Positions 1 to 7,154 of a stretch of DNA of 20,000 nt are shown here, in pieces; the stretch's first letter is position 1, and the number at the start of each line of letters is the position of its first letter. This stretch comes from an uncultured virus (IMG/VR IMGVR_UViG_3300020120_000303). Lineage: Duplodnaviria > Heunggongvirae > Uroviricota > Caudoviricetes. The notes beneath the pieces are model-generated. The model saw only the letters and a program-made list of their open reading frames with translations, was not told where the DNA came from and did no database searches. The DNA lies in the IMG/VR virus record IMGVR_UViG_3300020120_000303, one strand, 5' to 3'. The translations under genes were made by a program, and so were the position numbers.

Positions 1-107
1 GCCGCCGCCAGTTCGATTCCGGCGGTCCTGGCGATGCTGTGGCGGTCATGCTGCCGGCCGGCCAGGAGGTCACCCACGACCGTGACCACGCGCCGGATCG
101 TGCTCAC
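1..107 (-). CDS. N-terminal part of a hypothetical protein, possibly HTH-containing (truncated by window edge)
   Basis: GTG at 107 overlaps the TGA of 104..595 (GTGA). Reads MSTIRRVVTVVGDLLAGRQHDRHSIARTAGIELAA... Confidence 0.6.
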   Translation of the reverse strand, partial: MSTIRRVVTVVGDLLAGRQHDRHSIARTAGIELAA

Positions 108-595
108 CGCAGCCCCAGCCGCGCGACCCGGTTGATCGCGGCCTGCTCGACCCGCTTGGCCTCGAGGTCAGCGTCGACGGGCGCCTGCCACTTGTAGCCC
201 GTCGGCTCGACCACCACCTGCTCGGTGGCCTTGCATTCGCAGACGCTCGAATCCCCTGGCTTCCAGCTGCAGGGTAGGAACCACTTCCGGATGCCGGCGC
301 CGCTTTCGTGGTTGTCCTCGTCGGCCGGCTGCATGTCGAAATCCCGCAGAGCGCGGGCCACCTCGTCGTCTGTGGCGTATTTGCCGCGCGCCGAGACCGA
401 GATCATGTAGTGCCACATCTCGACGCCGTGAAAAAGCGTCCAGGCCAGGGTCGAGAAGACGGTCAGGCGGCCGCGGGTCCAGACGTGCACGAACGGGTCG
501 CCGGGCAGGGGGCGCGGGCCCAGGTCCTCCCAGTTGGCCCAGGCGGGCGGGCGCTTGGCGGTCAGGCCTTCGGGCAGCGTCACGGCATCGGTCAT
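104..595 (-). CDS. Phage hypothetical protein (163 aa)
   Basis: ATGA-coupled to the upstream gene; globular composition; WHYMISVS...TDDEV resembles the 'HlSvS...PtwdE' motif of small phage proteins. Confidence 0.8.
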   Translation of the reverse strand: MTDAVTLPEGLTAKRPPAWANWEDLGPRPLPGDPFVHVWTRGRLTVFSTLAWTLFHGVEMWHYMISVSARGKYATDDEVARALRDFDMQPADEDNHESGAGIRKWFLPCSWKPGDSSVCECKATEQVVVEPTGYKWQAPVDADLEAKRVEQAAINRVARLGLR

Positions 596-807
596 GGCGG
601 CGCCTTGGGATAGAGGACCTCCCAGAGCTTTTGTCCCAGTTCCTGCCGGGCCCGAGCCTCAGCAACGTGCGTATCAAGGTTCGAGACAACGGGCTCGACA
701 GAGAGGACGCCGCGAATGCACTTGAGCGCGGCCGTGACCGCCACGGCATCGTCAGCCCGGATGTCGTGTTCCAGCGTGACCACGTAGCACTTGATTCGAT
801 CAGTCAT
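592..807 (-). CDS. Phage hypothetical protein (71 aa)
   Basis: GAGGGGGG RBS; ATGA overlaps at both ends. Confidence 0.85.
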   Translation of the reverse strand: MTDRIKCYVVTLEHDIRADDAVAVTAALKCIRGVLSVEPVVSNLDTHVAEARARQELGQKLWEVLYPKAPP

Positions 808-1262
808 GGTTCCCCCCTCAGCCGGCGCAGCCAGGCCATGCCTGCCTCGCGCGCGTCGGCGCGGGCAGGATAGACCGCGGTGGTGACCAGCGGCCGGCCA
901 TGAACGGTCACCGATGCGGTCCAGCCGAAGGCTACTTCAGTGAACGAGATACCCTCGAAAAGCCGATAAATTGGCTCGAAAGCCCCGCACATGATGGCCC
1001 GGTCCGCGCAAGCCCGGCAGGCCTCGATGTGATCGAGCATTGCCATCGCGCCTTCCTCGGTCACGGGCCAGTGATCACAGGCGGGGCAGGGCTGCAGGTA
1101 GCACCGCTGGTTGAAGTCGAGCCACGGTCCGGGCCCTGTCACAACCATCCATCCCGCGCAATTTGGGTAACAGGGCAGCGCGGGTGGGGCGATGCAGGCA
1201 GGAGCGCATTCGAAATCGTCGAGGCACTTCAGCGGCGTCTTCAGCGGCGGCGGCGGCTTCAT
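804..1262 (-). CDS. Cys-rich hypothetical protein, probable zinc binder (152 aa)
   Basis: CPAC, CRAC, CYPNC and CAPAC motifs; coupled at both ends. Confidence 0.75.
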   Translation of the reverse strand: MKPPPPLKTPLKCLDDFECAPACIAPPALPCYPNCAGWMVVTGPGPWLDFNQRCYLQPCPACDHWPVTEEGAMAMLDHIEACRACADRAIMCGAFEPIYRLFEGISFTEVAFGWTASVTVHGRPLVTTAVYPARADAREAGMAWLRRLRGEP

Positions 1263-1480
1263 GGCAGAGGACCGCCGTTGCGCCGCTCCTCAGGCGTGGC
1301 CGCGGCGATGCGCGCCTTGATGCATTCCGGGCAGAACTGGACCGGCTTGTCGTGCTCGCACCAGCCGCAGAGCCAATGGCCGAATTTGCCGGCTTCGGGG
1401 CAGTTGGCCCGCTCGAGGTCATCGCGGACCGCGAGGCAGCCGGTCGCACTCTCGAAGTCGTCGGCGGTCTTCGGCGTCAC
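1259..1480 (-). CDS. Small Cys/His-rich phage protein (73 aa)
   Basis: DDLERANC...GHWLCGWCEHDKP..CPEC; coupled at both ends. Confidence 0.8.
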   Translation of the reverse strand: MTPKTADDFESATGCLAVRDDLERANCPEAGKFGHWLCGWCEHDKPVQFCPECIKARIAAATPEERRNGGPLP

Positions 1481-1671
1481 TTCCGCTCCCGCGCGTCGTC
1501 GATCAGCACCACCAGCGCGGCGGCCAAGACCCGGTTCTCCGACAGGGACAGGGCGTCCATCACCTTCGTCCCCGCCGCGACCTCGGCCAGGATGGGCCGC
1601 GCGCGCTCGAGCACGGCCGCCCGGGCGGCAGCAGCGGCGGCGGCCTCGGCCTGGTCCTCAGCCTTGGCCAT
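1477..1671 (-). CDS. Hypothetical protein (64 aa)
   Basis: GAGGGG RBS; stop overlaps the next GTG. Confidence 0.75.
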   Translation of the reverse strand: MAKAEDQAEAAAAAAARAAVLERARPILAEVAAGTKVMDALSLSENRVLAAALVVLIDDARERK

Positions 1672-1954
1672 GGGGCCCCTCGGGCGGCAGGCCGGCGTGG
1701 TAGCGCTCTAGCAGCGTGATCAAAGGCTCATCCACCCCATACACGCTGGCGTCGAAGTCGGCGGTCAGCGCATCCCAGAACGCCGCCTTGCGGTCGTTGT
1801 GGGCCTGCTGGCGCTGGTTCCGGAAGGTCTGGTAGGCCTGCGTCACCAGGACCAGGAAGTGCGCCAGCGCTGGCCGCTCGACCGGATCGCCCGGCTTGTC
1901 GCCGTTGACGACCGCGGCCAGATAATTCAGGAAGTGGTCAATCTCGGTGTCCAT
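1658..1954 (-). CDS. Hypothetical protein (98 aa, MDTEIDHFLN...)
   Basis: Start reassigned to ATG 1954, 2 nt after the upstream stop, with AAGGGG RBS. Confidence 0.75.
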   Translation of the reverse strand: MDTEIDHFLNYLAAVVNGDKPGDPVERPALAHFLVLVTQAYQTFRNQRQQAHNDRKAAFWDALTADFDASVYGVDEPLITLLERYHAGLPPEGPHGQG

Positions 1955-1956
1955 GG

Positions 1957-2253
1957 TCACCCCTTGAGCTTGTGCAGTTGGATTGCCAGCGCGGCCGCGG
2001 GCTGCTCGCAGCGCTCCAGCAGCTGGACGCACTCATCGAGGATCTCGGCGCGGACCTTCGCCAGGTCCCTGGCCAGCAGCTCGGCGGTGGCGTACAGGGC
2101 AGCCACGCGATCGCCGGTATCCCGCAGCGATGACACCATCACCGGTGCCCGCTCCCACGCCCCCTCCTCGACCTCGATGATGCGCGCATGCAGTTTGTAG
2201 GTCTCCTTGACCAGGACCTCGGCAGCGCGCTTGGCGTCGGCGAGGCTGCTCAC
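1957..2253 (-). CDS. Helical hypothetical protein (98 aa)
   Basis: GTG 2253 overlaps the ATPase stop (GTGA); amphipathic helical sequence. Confidence 0.75.
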   Translation of the reverse strand: MSSLADAKRAAEVLVKETYKLHARIIEVEEGAWERAPVMVSSLRDTGDRVAALYATAELLARDLAKVRAEILDECVQLLERCEQPAAALAIQLHKLKG

Positions 2254-3995
2254 TGCGCCAGCTCCGGGTGAATGCGCAGCTTGCCGCCGTCCCGCAAGAA
2301 TAGCCCCGCGCCGACCAGCTCGCCCACGTAGGCTTTCCAGGTCCCGCCCGTGATCGTCATGGGCTCGTCCCCATCCTTGGAACGCGACCGGTTGACCGCA
2401 TCGTTGAGGACCTGCGGCGTCGCCTCGTGGTTTACCGCCAGCTCCAGCAGGATGTCGACCGTCCCCTTGCGGAACTTGGACGCCCACTCGTCGAGGATCT
2501 CGCTGCGGTTCAAGGTGGCGCGGGGTACCTCAAGGGCGACCCCAGCCGGTGTCAGGCCGAGCTTACCGTCCTCGCGATCGACGTAGCCGCCGCCCACCAG
2601 CTCGCCGATGTACGCCTTGAACGTGCCGCCGGTGACCGTCATCACGGCCAGCACCGCCAGGTCGGCCGGGGGCACGCGCGCTGGGTGGTGCTGCTGGAGG
2701 ATCGAGACGAGGCGCAGGACCGCGGCGCGCAGACGCTTGCCGCTGGCGCCGTTGGGGATCGCGGCCTTGGGAGGCCTCTCCGCTTTCAGGATCGCGCGCA
2801 TGCCAACCGCGGCGTCCTCGACGATCTTGGTCTCAGCGTCGGGTTTGCCCAATCGCTTCAGGTTGATGTCCAAGTCAGAGACGACATCGGCGGCGAGGTC
2901 CGCATGCTGCTTCAAGGCTTCAGCGACCCGGGCGGCCTGCATTCGTACGCTGAGCAGCTCGCTGCGGATCCAGGCCGGCGCGACTTCCACACGGACCGAC
3001 GGCGCGGGCACCTTCACCGCGGGCGCAATCGAGCGCAGCCGCCGCACCTCGGCCTTGAGCGCGTCGACGTCGTTGGCGGCGATCTCGGTCTCGACCGAGG
3101 CTAGCGCCGCGCGCACCTCATCGAGATCGATCGGCGGCAGCTTGCGCGTGGTCTCGCCCGCGCGCCCACCCGTGGGTGTGGCGCTGGCGTCGTAGGTCTC
3201 CTTGCGCAGGATCTTGTGCCTGCCGAAGGACCCCAGCCACTGCGGCGACCACACCAGCGCCGTGCCGGGCTTCAGGCTGGGCAGATCGTTGGCGATCTCG
3301 CGATCCCCCGCGCCCGTCTCCTGGACCCAGCCCGTGATGGCCTTGCGCTCCTGGGGCCCGGTCAGCTGGAACGCCAGCATCACCTCGGCCTGGTTGAGGA
3401 CGTCCTTGTTGACGGCCTGGGGCCGCTGCGAGATGAGCGAGCAGCCCACGCCGTAGTTGCGCCCGAGCTTGATCAGGCGCTCGACCGCGCCGACCATCTT
3501 GGCCACCTCGGGCCGGACCAGCTGGGGCACGAATTCCTGCGCCTCCTCGAACACGATGTGAAGGGGCGAGCGCGAGCGCCTCTTGGCGTGGAACAGCTCG
3601 AGGCAGAACTCGCCGACGAACTTGCGCTGCTCGGCCCCGGTCATCTCCGAGACGTCGAGGACCATCGACGTCGAGCGGGTGACCACCATCTCGGCGAAGA
3701 CCTTGCCCGCGGTGGGCGGCAGCGGCAGATCCCCGTGCGCGCCGCCGAACACCGGCACGTTGAGGCCCGAGGGCTTTTTGCCGTCGGCGGCGAAGCGCAG
3801 GCCCCACCACGTCCCGACCGGATCGATCACGACGACCTGGACGCCTACGCCGATCAGCAGCTCGGCCATGCGGCCCGCGCCGTAGGTCTTGCCTGAGCCC
3901 CGGCGGCCCATCCAGGCATAGACCTGCGTGGCCGCGGTCTCGGCGGGCAGGTCCAGGTCCTCGCCCAGGGCGAGCTTCCAAGTGGCGGCGGTCAC
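2250..3995 (-). CDS. HerA/FtsK-superfamily (DUF87-type) P-loop ATPase with coiled-coil linker and two C-terminal winged-helix-like repeats (581 aa)
   Basis: Walker A GRRGSGKT, VVVIDPVG, Walker B HIVFEEAQEF, and the KLGRNYGVG..ISQRP arginine-finger/glutamine motif typical of HerA; duplicated TGGTxKAYxGELVGxG unit. Confidence 0.9.
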   Translation of the reverse strand: MTAATWKLALGEDLDLPAETAATQVYAWMGRRGSGKTYGAGRMAELLIGVGVQVVVIDPVGTWWGLRFAADGKKPSGLNVPVFGGAHGDLPLPPTAGKVFAEMVVTRSTSMVLDVSEMTGAEQRKFVGEFCLELFHAKRRSRSPLHIVFEEAQEFVPQLVRPEVAKMVGAVERLIKLGRNYGVGCSLISQRPQAVNKDVLNQAEVMLAFQLTGPQERKAITGWVQETGAGDREIANDLPSLKPGTALVWSPQWLGSFGRHKILRKETYDASATPTGGRAGETTRKLPPIDLDEVRAALASVETEIAANDVDALKAEVRRLRSIAPAVKVPAPSVRVEVAPAWIRSELLSVRMQAARVAEALKQHADLAADVVSDLDINLKRLGKPDAETKIVEDAAVGMRAILKAERPPKAAIPNGASGKRLRAAVLRLVSILQQHHPARVPPADLAVLAVMTVTGGTFKAYIGELVGGGYVDREDGKLGLTPAGVALEVPRATLNRSEILDEWASKFRKGTVDILLELAVNHEATPQVLNDAVNRSRSKDGDEPMTITGGTWKAYVGELVGAGLFLRDGGKLRIHPELAQ

Positions 3996-4339
3996 CGCCG
4001 CTTGGCCTTCCTGTGAAGCCCGGCGATTGCGGGCGCGAGACCAGCGTCAACGCATTTGACACAGATCGGGCCGGTTGCGCGCACGCCATGCACGCACGTG
4101 TCGTTTTCGTCGAACGGGCGCGACACGGTCTTCATCGTGGCCAGCGCAATCTTGTTGGCTTGCCTGGGCGTGACCCCGAGGCGGGCATTGAGGCGCGCGA
4201 CGATGCCCTCGATCTCGTCGCGCGGCCCCGCCTCGTAGTCCCGCACGGGCCGGTAGCCGTCGTCGCCTTCGACCACCAGCGCGACGATGCAACGGCCGGG
4301 AGGGCCGGGCTCGACCACGACATACGCTGCGTTGGCCAT
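3992..4339 (-). CDS. Hypothetical protein (115 aa, MANAAYVVV...) with a C-terminal CxH...CxxC motif
   Basis: TAATG overlap with the RHH stop; AAGGAGGGG RBS. Confidence 0.8.
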   Translation of the reverse strand: MANAAYVVVEPGPPGRCIVALVVEGDDGYRPVRDYEAGPRDEIEGIVARLNARLGVTPRQANKIALATMKTVSRPFDENDTCVHGVRATGPICVKCVDAGLAPAIAGLHRKAKRR

Positions 4340-4542
4340 TACTTCCCCTCCTTTGCGTCTCGCTCGGCCTTCTCGCGCTCCATGCGTTCCTCGCCCGCGC
4401 CGATGATCCAGGCGTTGAAGCTGAGGCCCACGCGCTTGGCCGCGCGCTTGAAGGCCTCGAGCAGCGGCCCGGGCAACCGGATGCCCCGGACCGGATCCTT
4501 GCGCGTGATCGTCGGCTTCGCGGTGAACTGGTTCCCGCTCAT
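4339..4542 (-). CDS. Ribbon-helix-helix (Arc/Mnt-like) DNA-binding regulator (67 aa)
   Basis: RGIRLPGPLLEAFKRAAKRVGLSFNAWI matches the strand-helix-GxSxN-helix RHH pattern. ATG 4542 preferred; ATG 4572 is also in frame. Confidence 0.8.
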   Translation of the reverse strand: MSGNQFTAKPTITRKDPVRGIRLPGPLLEAFKRAAKRVGLSFNAWIIGAGEERMEREKAERDAKEGK

Positions 4543-4550
4543 CACCGCCA

Positions 4551-4566
4551 CGTGTATCACACCATT
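4551..4566. promoter_or_regulatory. Putative operator box 1, CGTGT-ATC-ACACCATT
   Basis: Palindromic GTGT-N3-ACAC core 8 nt upstream of the RHH ATG; two more copies at 5041 and 5132. Confidence 0.7.
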
Positions 4567-4568
4567 CC

Positions 4569-4766
4569 TCATCGCGGCAACCCACCGTCAGGAACGCCGC
4601 CATCTGGCGCAGAAACCACGGCCTGCCCCTCAGGGCATGGTGTCTTCCACTGACACACCGGCGCGGCCGGGTAGTTGGGCCGGCCCGGACCGATGTCGTC
4701 GGTCATCTCGTCGCCGCAGGCCGCGCCCGTGAGTGCCAGCACCAGGACCAGCGCGAGCCGGATCAC
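4569..4766 (-). CDS. Small lipoprotein (65 aa)
   Basis: GTG 4766; MIRLALVLVLALTGAA|C is a signal peptide II/lipobox pattern; the mature part has a Cys pair and PDGG repeats. Confidence 0.7.
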   Translation of the reverse strand: MIRLALVLVLALTGAACGDEMTDDIGPGRPNYPAAPVCQWKTPCPEGQAVVSAPDGGVPDGGLPR

Positions 4767-4864
4767 TTGGACACGTCCTCTCGCCAGGCCCGAACGATCT
4801 CGCGCCCGACGAACAGCCAGATGGGCGGCATGGCGACCATCACGTAGATCGTGAGGGCGTTCAC
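4763..4864 (-). CDS. 33-aa single-TM peptide (not in ORF track)
   Basis: MNALTIYVMVAMPPIWLFVGREIVRAWREDVSK; GTGA overlaps at both ends fill the gap exactly. Confidence 0.65.
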   Translation of the reverse strand: MNALTIYVMVAMPPIWLFVGREIVRAWREDVSK

Positions 4865-5016
4865 AGCCGCACCATCCGCGCATGTTCGCCGCGGGCGGCG
4901 AGGTCGGCGATCACCTCTTTGGCGCGCGCGGCGGTGATCCCGCGGGCCCAGGCGACGGTGGCCCAGCGACCGCCCTTTTCGATTTGGACATCGTACTGAC
5001 CAGATTTAAACAGCAT
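4861..5016 (-). CDS. Small hypothetical protein (51 aa, MLFKSGQYDV...)
   Basis: AAGGAG RBS (5027-5032) 10 nt before ATG 5016; CATAAT -10-like hexamer at 5039-5044; alternative ATG at 5040. Confidence 0.7.
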   Translation of the reverse strand: MLFKSGQYDVQIEKGGRWATVAWARGITAARAKEVIADLAARGEHARMVRL

Positions 5017-5040
5017 GGAATCAGGGCTCCTTGTCTCCAT

Positions 5041-5056
5041 TATGGTGTAGCACACG
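5041..5056. promoter_or_regulatory. Putative operator box 2 (reverse strand CGTGT-GCT-ACACCATA)
   Basis: Same 12 fixed bases as box 1; overlaps the leftward -10-like CATAAT. Confidence 0.7.
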
Positions 5057-5131
5057 AACAAGGGCTGAACCGAAAAGTGCCGCGGAAGCCCGGGCGAATT
5101 GCCAAGGTGCCAGCGTTGCCCCTGACGTACG

Positions 5132-5147
5132 CGTGTTGCACACCATT
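5132..5147. promoter_or_regulatory. Putative operator box 3, CGTGT-TGC-ACACCATT
   Basis: Same 12 fixed bases; ends 2 nt before ATG 5150; a TTGCCC -35-like hexamer at 5116-5121 places the -10 inside the box. Confidence 0.7.
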
Positions 5148-5149
5148 GA

Positions 5150-5632
5150 ATGGCACTTACACCAGAGCAGGCAGCGCAACGTTTTCGAGACCTTTTGACC
5201 AGCAACGGCTTTACGCCGGAGGACGTGAAAGTGAGCGTCGACCCGATGTCCCTGGGCAGCACGATCGACGTGACGATCATGCGGCTCGGCATTCGCCTCG
5301 ATGCGATAGACCGCTTGGCGCAGAAGCACCTAGAAATCGAGGTCGACGCCGCCGGCGAGCTGCTGCTGGGCTGGAACCGGCACGTGGACGTCAGGTATGC
5401 CCGGGCCGCGCTGGCGCCCCTGCAGGCCGAGGCAGCGGCCCGCATCGGCCTCCTGAAGCGCGGGCAGAGCGCCGAGCTCGGGTCCTACGTCGTTACTCGA
5501 AGCGACGTGGGCTGGGAGGTCGCGGTCAAGCACCTGCCCGACGAGCTGCCACGCACCTTCCCGAGCCGGGAGCGCGCTGCGCTCTGGGTGGCGCAATGGG
5601 TGGCGGCCAGCGGAAAGAAGTCGATACCTTGA
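5150..5632 (+). CDS. Hypothetical protein (160 aa), apparently leaderless
   Basis: Clean globular ORF with GC-rich third positions; no SD before the ATG. The N-terminal SLGSTIDV...GELLLGWNRHVDVRY loosely recalls LPD29-like mobile-element domains (weak). Confidence 0.8.
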   Translation: MALTPEQAAQRFRDLLTSNGFTPEDVKVSVDPMSLGSTIDVTIMRLGIRLDAIDRLAQKHLEIEVDAAGELLLGWNRHVDVRYARAALAPLQAEAAARIGLLKRGQSAELGSYVVTRSDVGWEVAVKHLPDELPRTFPSRERAALWVAQWVAASGKKSIP

Positions 5633-5664
5633 GGGCGCTGGGTAGCAGCGCCATCTTGGTGGGC

Positions 5665-6000
5665 ATGCTCCCCACCTGGCAGGCCTTGGGAAAGCTCGAC
5701 GTGTCCATCGGCGGGCCCGAGCGGGCCGGATCGCTGGTCCGCTGCAACGGCTGCGGCGGGCGCGGCCGGCGCCTCGTGTACGTGCAAGACGGGCCCGAGG
5801 ACGAGAGCCCGGACTGGGATTACTGCGCGATCTGCCAGGGCCAGGGGCAGTTCGCGCTGCCCGTCGAGCGCTTCATCCTGGAGCGCCAGGCTCGCCTGGG
5901 CGAGGTCCATCCGGTCTTCGAGGACTTCCTGCCCGAGGACGAGGACGACATCGAGGCGCGGCCGCGGCGGGCCTTGCGTCGGCTGACCGACGCCGCCTGA
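5665..6000 (+). CDS. Protein with a DnaJ-type CxxCxGxG zinc-finger pair and acidic C-terminus (111 aa)
   Basis: CNGCGGRG...CAICQGQG; start reassigned to ATG 5665. Confidence 0.75.
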   Translation: MLPTWQALGKLDVSIGGPERAGSLVRCNGCGGRGRRLVYVQDGPEDESPDWDYCAICQGQGQFALPVERFILERQARLGEVHPVFEDFLPEDEDDIEARPRRALRRLTDAA

Positions 6001-6162
6001 TCAGTCCTTGGTCGCGACGACCACGGTAAGGGAGACCACGAGCAAGGCCCACGTGGCCACGCTCAAGATGGACAGCGGGCAGGCGCGGAGGCACCACACC
6101 ATCAGGCCGCCGATGGCGAAGAAGCCGACCCGCGCGGCGGTGGCCCACCAAGGCGGCTTCAT
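6001..6162 (-). CDS. Small two-TM membrane protein (53 aa)
   Basis: ATGA overlap at 6159-6162; two hydrophobic stretches. Confidence 0.7.
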   Translation of the reverse strand: MKPPWWATAARVGFFAIGGLMVWCLRACPLSILSVATWALLVVSLTVVVATKD

Positions 6163-6377
6163 GTGCCCGCCTCGATCCGCCGGCGCTCGGCACCGGCCGC
6201 GCACGAGCAGTAGACCTCGCGGGCGTCCGGGATGTAGTCATCCTCCGTGCCTGGAACCAGCTCGTAACCGATGCCGCGGCCGCCGCAGCACGGGAAGGCT
6301 TCGGGCGGTCCCATGTTCCGGTGCATCACGCTTCGGTCGGGGTAGAGGGCAGGGTCAGAGGGTGGGGCGGTCGGCAT
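6159..6377 (-). CDS. Small zinc-finger-like protein (72 aa; start uncertain)
   Basis: PCCGGRG...YCSCAAG; AGGAGG RBS before ATG 6377. Confidence 0.65.
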   Translation of the reverse strand: MPTAPPSDPALYPDRSVMHRNMGPPEAFPCCGGRGIGYELVPGTEDDYIPDAREVYCSCAAGAERRRIEAGT

Positions 6378-6537
6378 TGATGCTCGCCTCCTGCTCTTTG
6401 AGCCATTCGATGCAGCCATCGCAGACGGTGTCGACCACCAGCGCGTTTTCGCACGCGCAGCCGAAATCAGGCGGATTGATGCGGTCGTCGAGGTCGTAGT
6501 CATCGACGCCAAAATCGTCGAGGTCGTCGTCGTCCAT
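6355..6537 (-). CDS. Very acidic small protein (60 aa) with CxC...CxxC
   Basis: MDDDDLDDFGVDDYDLDDRI...CACE...CDGC. Confidence 0.65.
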   Translation of the reverse strand: MDDDDLDDFGVDDYDLDDRINPPDFGCACENALVVDTVCDGCIEWLKEQEASINADRPTL

Positions 6538-6545
6538 CGCGGCGC

Positions 6546-6587
6546 TCAGAATGCCACGTCGTCGTCGCCGTGCACGGGATCCAGCGG
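6546..6587. repeat. Diverged direct repeat of 7155..7196
   Basis: 32/42 nt identical in an ungapped manual alignment. Confidence 0.8.
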
Positions 6588-6596
6588 CCGGCCCAC
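6546..6596 (-). CDS. 16-codon mini-ORF or gene remnant, MGRPLDPVHGDDDVAF
   Basis: GTG 4 nt after the upstream TAG; the peptide matches the C-terminus of the 7155..8645 product. Confidence 0.45.
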   Translation of the reverse strand: MGRPLDPVHGDDDVAF

Positions 6597-6600
6597 TACC

Positions 6601-6858
6601 CTAGTCCATGTTGCGCTTGCGCTGGATTTCGACCTCGGCGCGTTCGTCCTTGATGTACTCGCGCAGGGCGGGCGCCGAGTATACGGCGCCGTCGGGGGTC
6701 TTGGGCGGCAAGGCGGCCTGCAGTTCAGCCACGGCCTGTTCGAGTGTCGTGGGTTTCAGCAGGATTTCCCGGGCCATCCGATACAGCGTCTCATCGTTGT
6801 TCAGCCAGAGGGAGACGTTCCAATGCGTCCAGCTCTTGTGCCCCTCGTACGGTGGCAT
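6601..6858 (-). CDS. Conserved-looking phage hypothetical protein (85 aa)
   Basis: YEGHKSWTHWNVSLWLNNDETLY matches the common phage 'YNGwtNyeTWnvsLWi.ND..lY' motif; TGATG coupling. Confidence 0.85.
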   Translation of the reverse strand: MPPYEGHKSWTHWNVSLWLNNDETLYRMAREILLKPTTLEQAVAELQAALPPKTPDGAVYSAPALREYIKDERAEVEIQRKRNMD

Positions 6859-7112
6859 CAGCGTGCCCCCTTCCGCAGCGCCCTGGCTTCGTCCGCCGCC
6901 GCTTGGCCTTGCCGATGGTACTTAGCCGCCCGCTCGGGCGCAGCCGCGCGCCAAGCGTCCTGCAGCGCTTGGCCCTCGTCAGTGGTCAGCTTGCGGCCGA
7001 GGACGGTTTCAAAGTGCATCCAGATGGTGCGCACGTCGGTGCCCTTTTGCGCCATGGCGAGGGCCTTGGCGGCCAGTTCCACAGGGGTCAGAGAATCGGG
7101 AGTAGAGGCCAT
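6858..7112 (-). CDS. Hypothetical protein (84 aa)
   Basis: Fills the gap and is coupled to the downstream gene; TAGAGC 6 nt before the ATG and no clear SD. Confidence 0.75.
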   Translation of the reverse strand: MASTPDSLTPVELAAKALAMAQKGTDVRTIWMHFETVLGRKLTTDEGQALQDAWRAAAPERAAKYHRQGQAAADEARALRKGAR

Positions 7113-7154
7113 CTCAAGGCTCTACCCGAGGCCGCGGTGCGATTCGAGACCGCG

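Noticed and set aside
6..34. tRNA T-arm-like GCCAGTTCGATTCCGGC (possible tRNA 3' end or att site)
   Set aside because: The stem has an A-C mismatch, there is no CCA end, and it lies inside a coupled minus-strand CDS. Upstream sequence is not visible.
2250..3995. Known HerA defence or repair systems (Sir2-HerA, NurA-HerA)
   Set aside because: No sirtuin, NurA or other nuclease is recognisable next to the ATPase.
4339..4542. Toxin-antitoxin pair built on the RHH protein
   Set aside because: Neither neighbour shows PIN, RelE, HicA or other recognisable toxin motifs.
4637..4651. Fourth operator-like box, ATGGTGTCTTCCACT
   Set aside because: Two mismatches in one half-site and it lies inside the lipoprotein CDS; may be chance.
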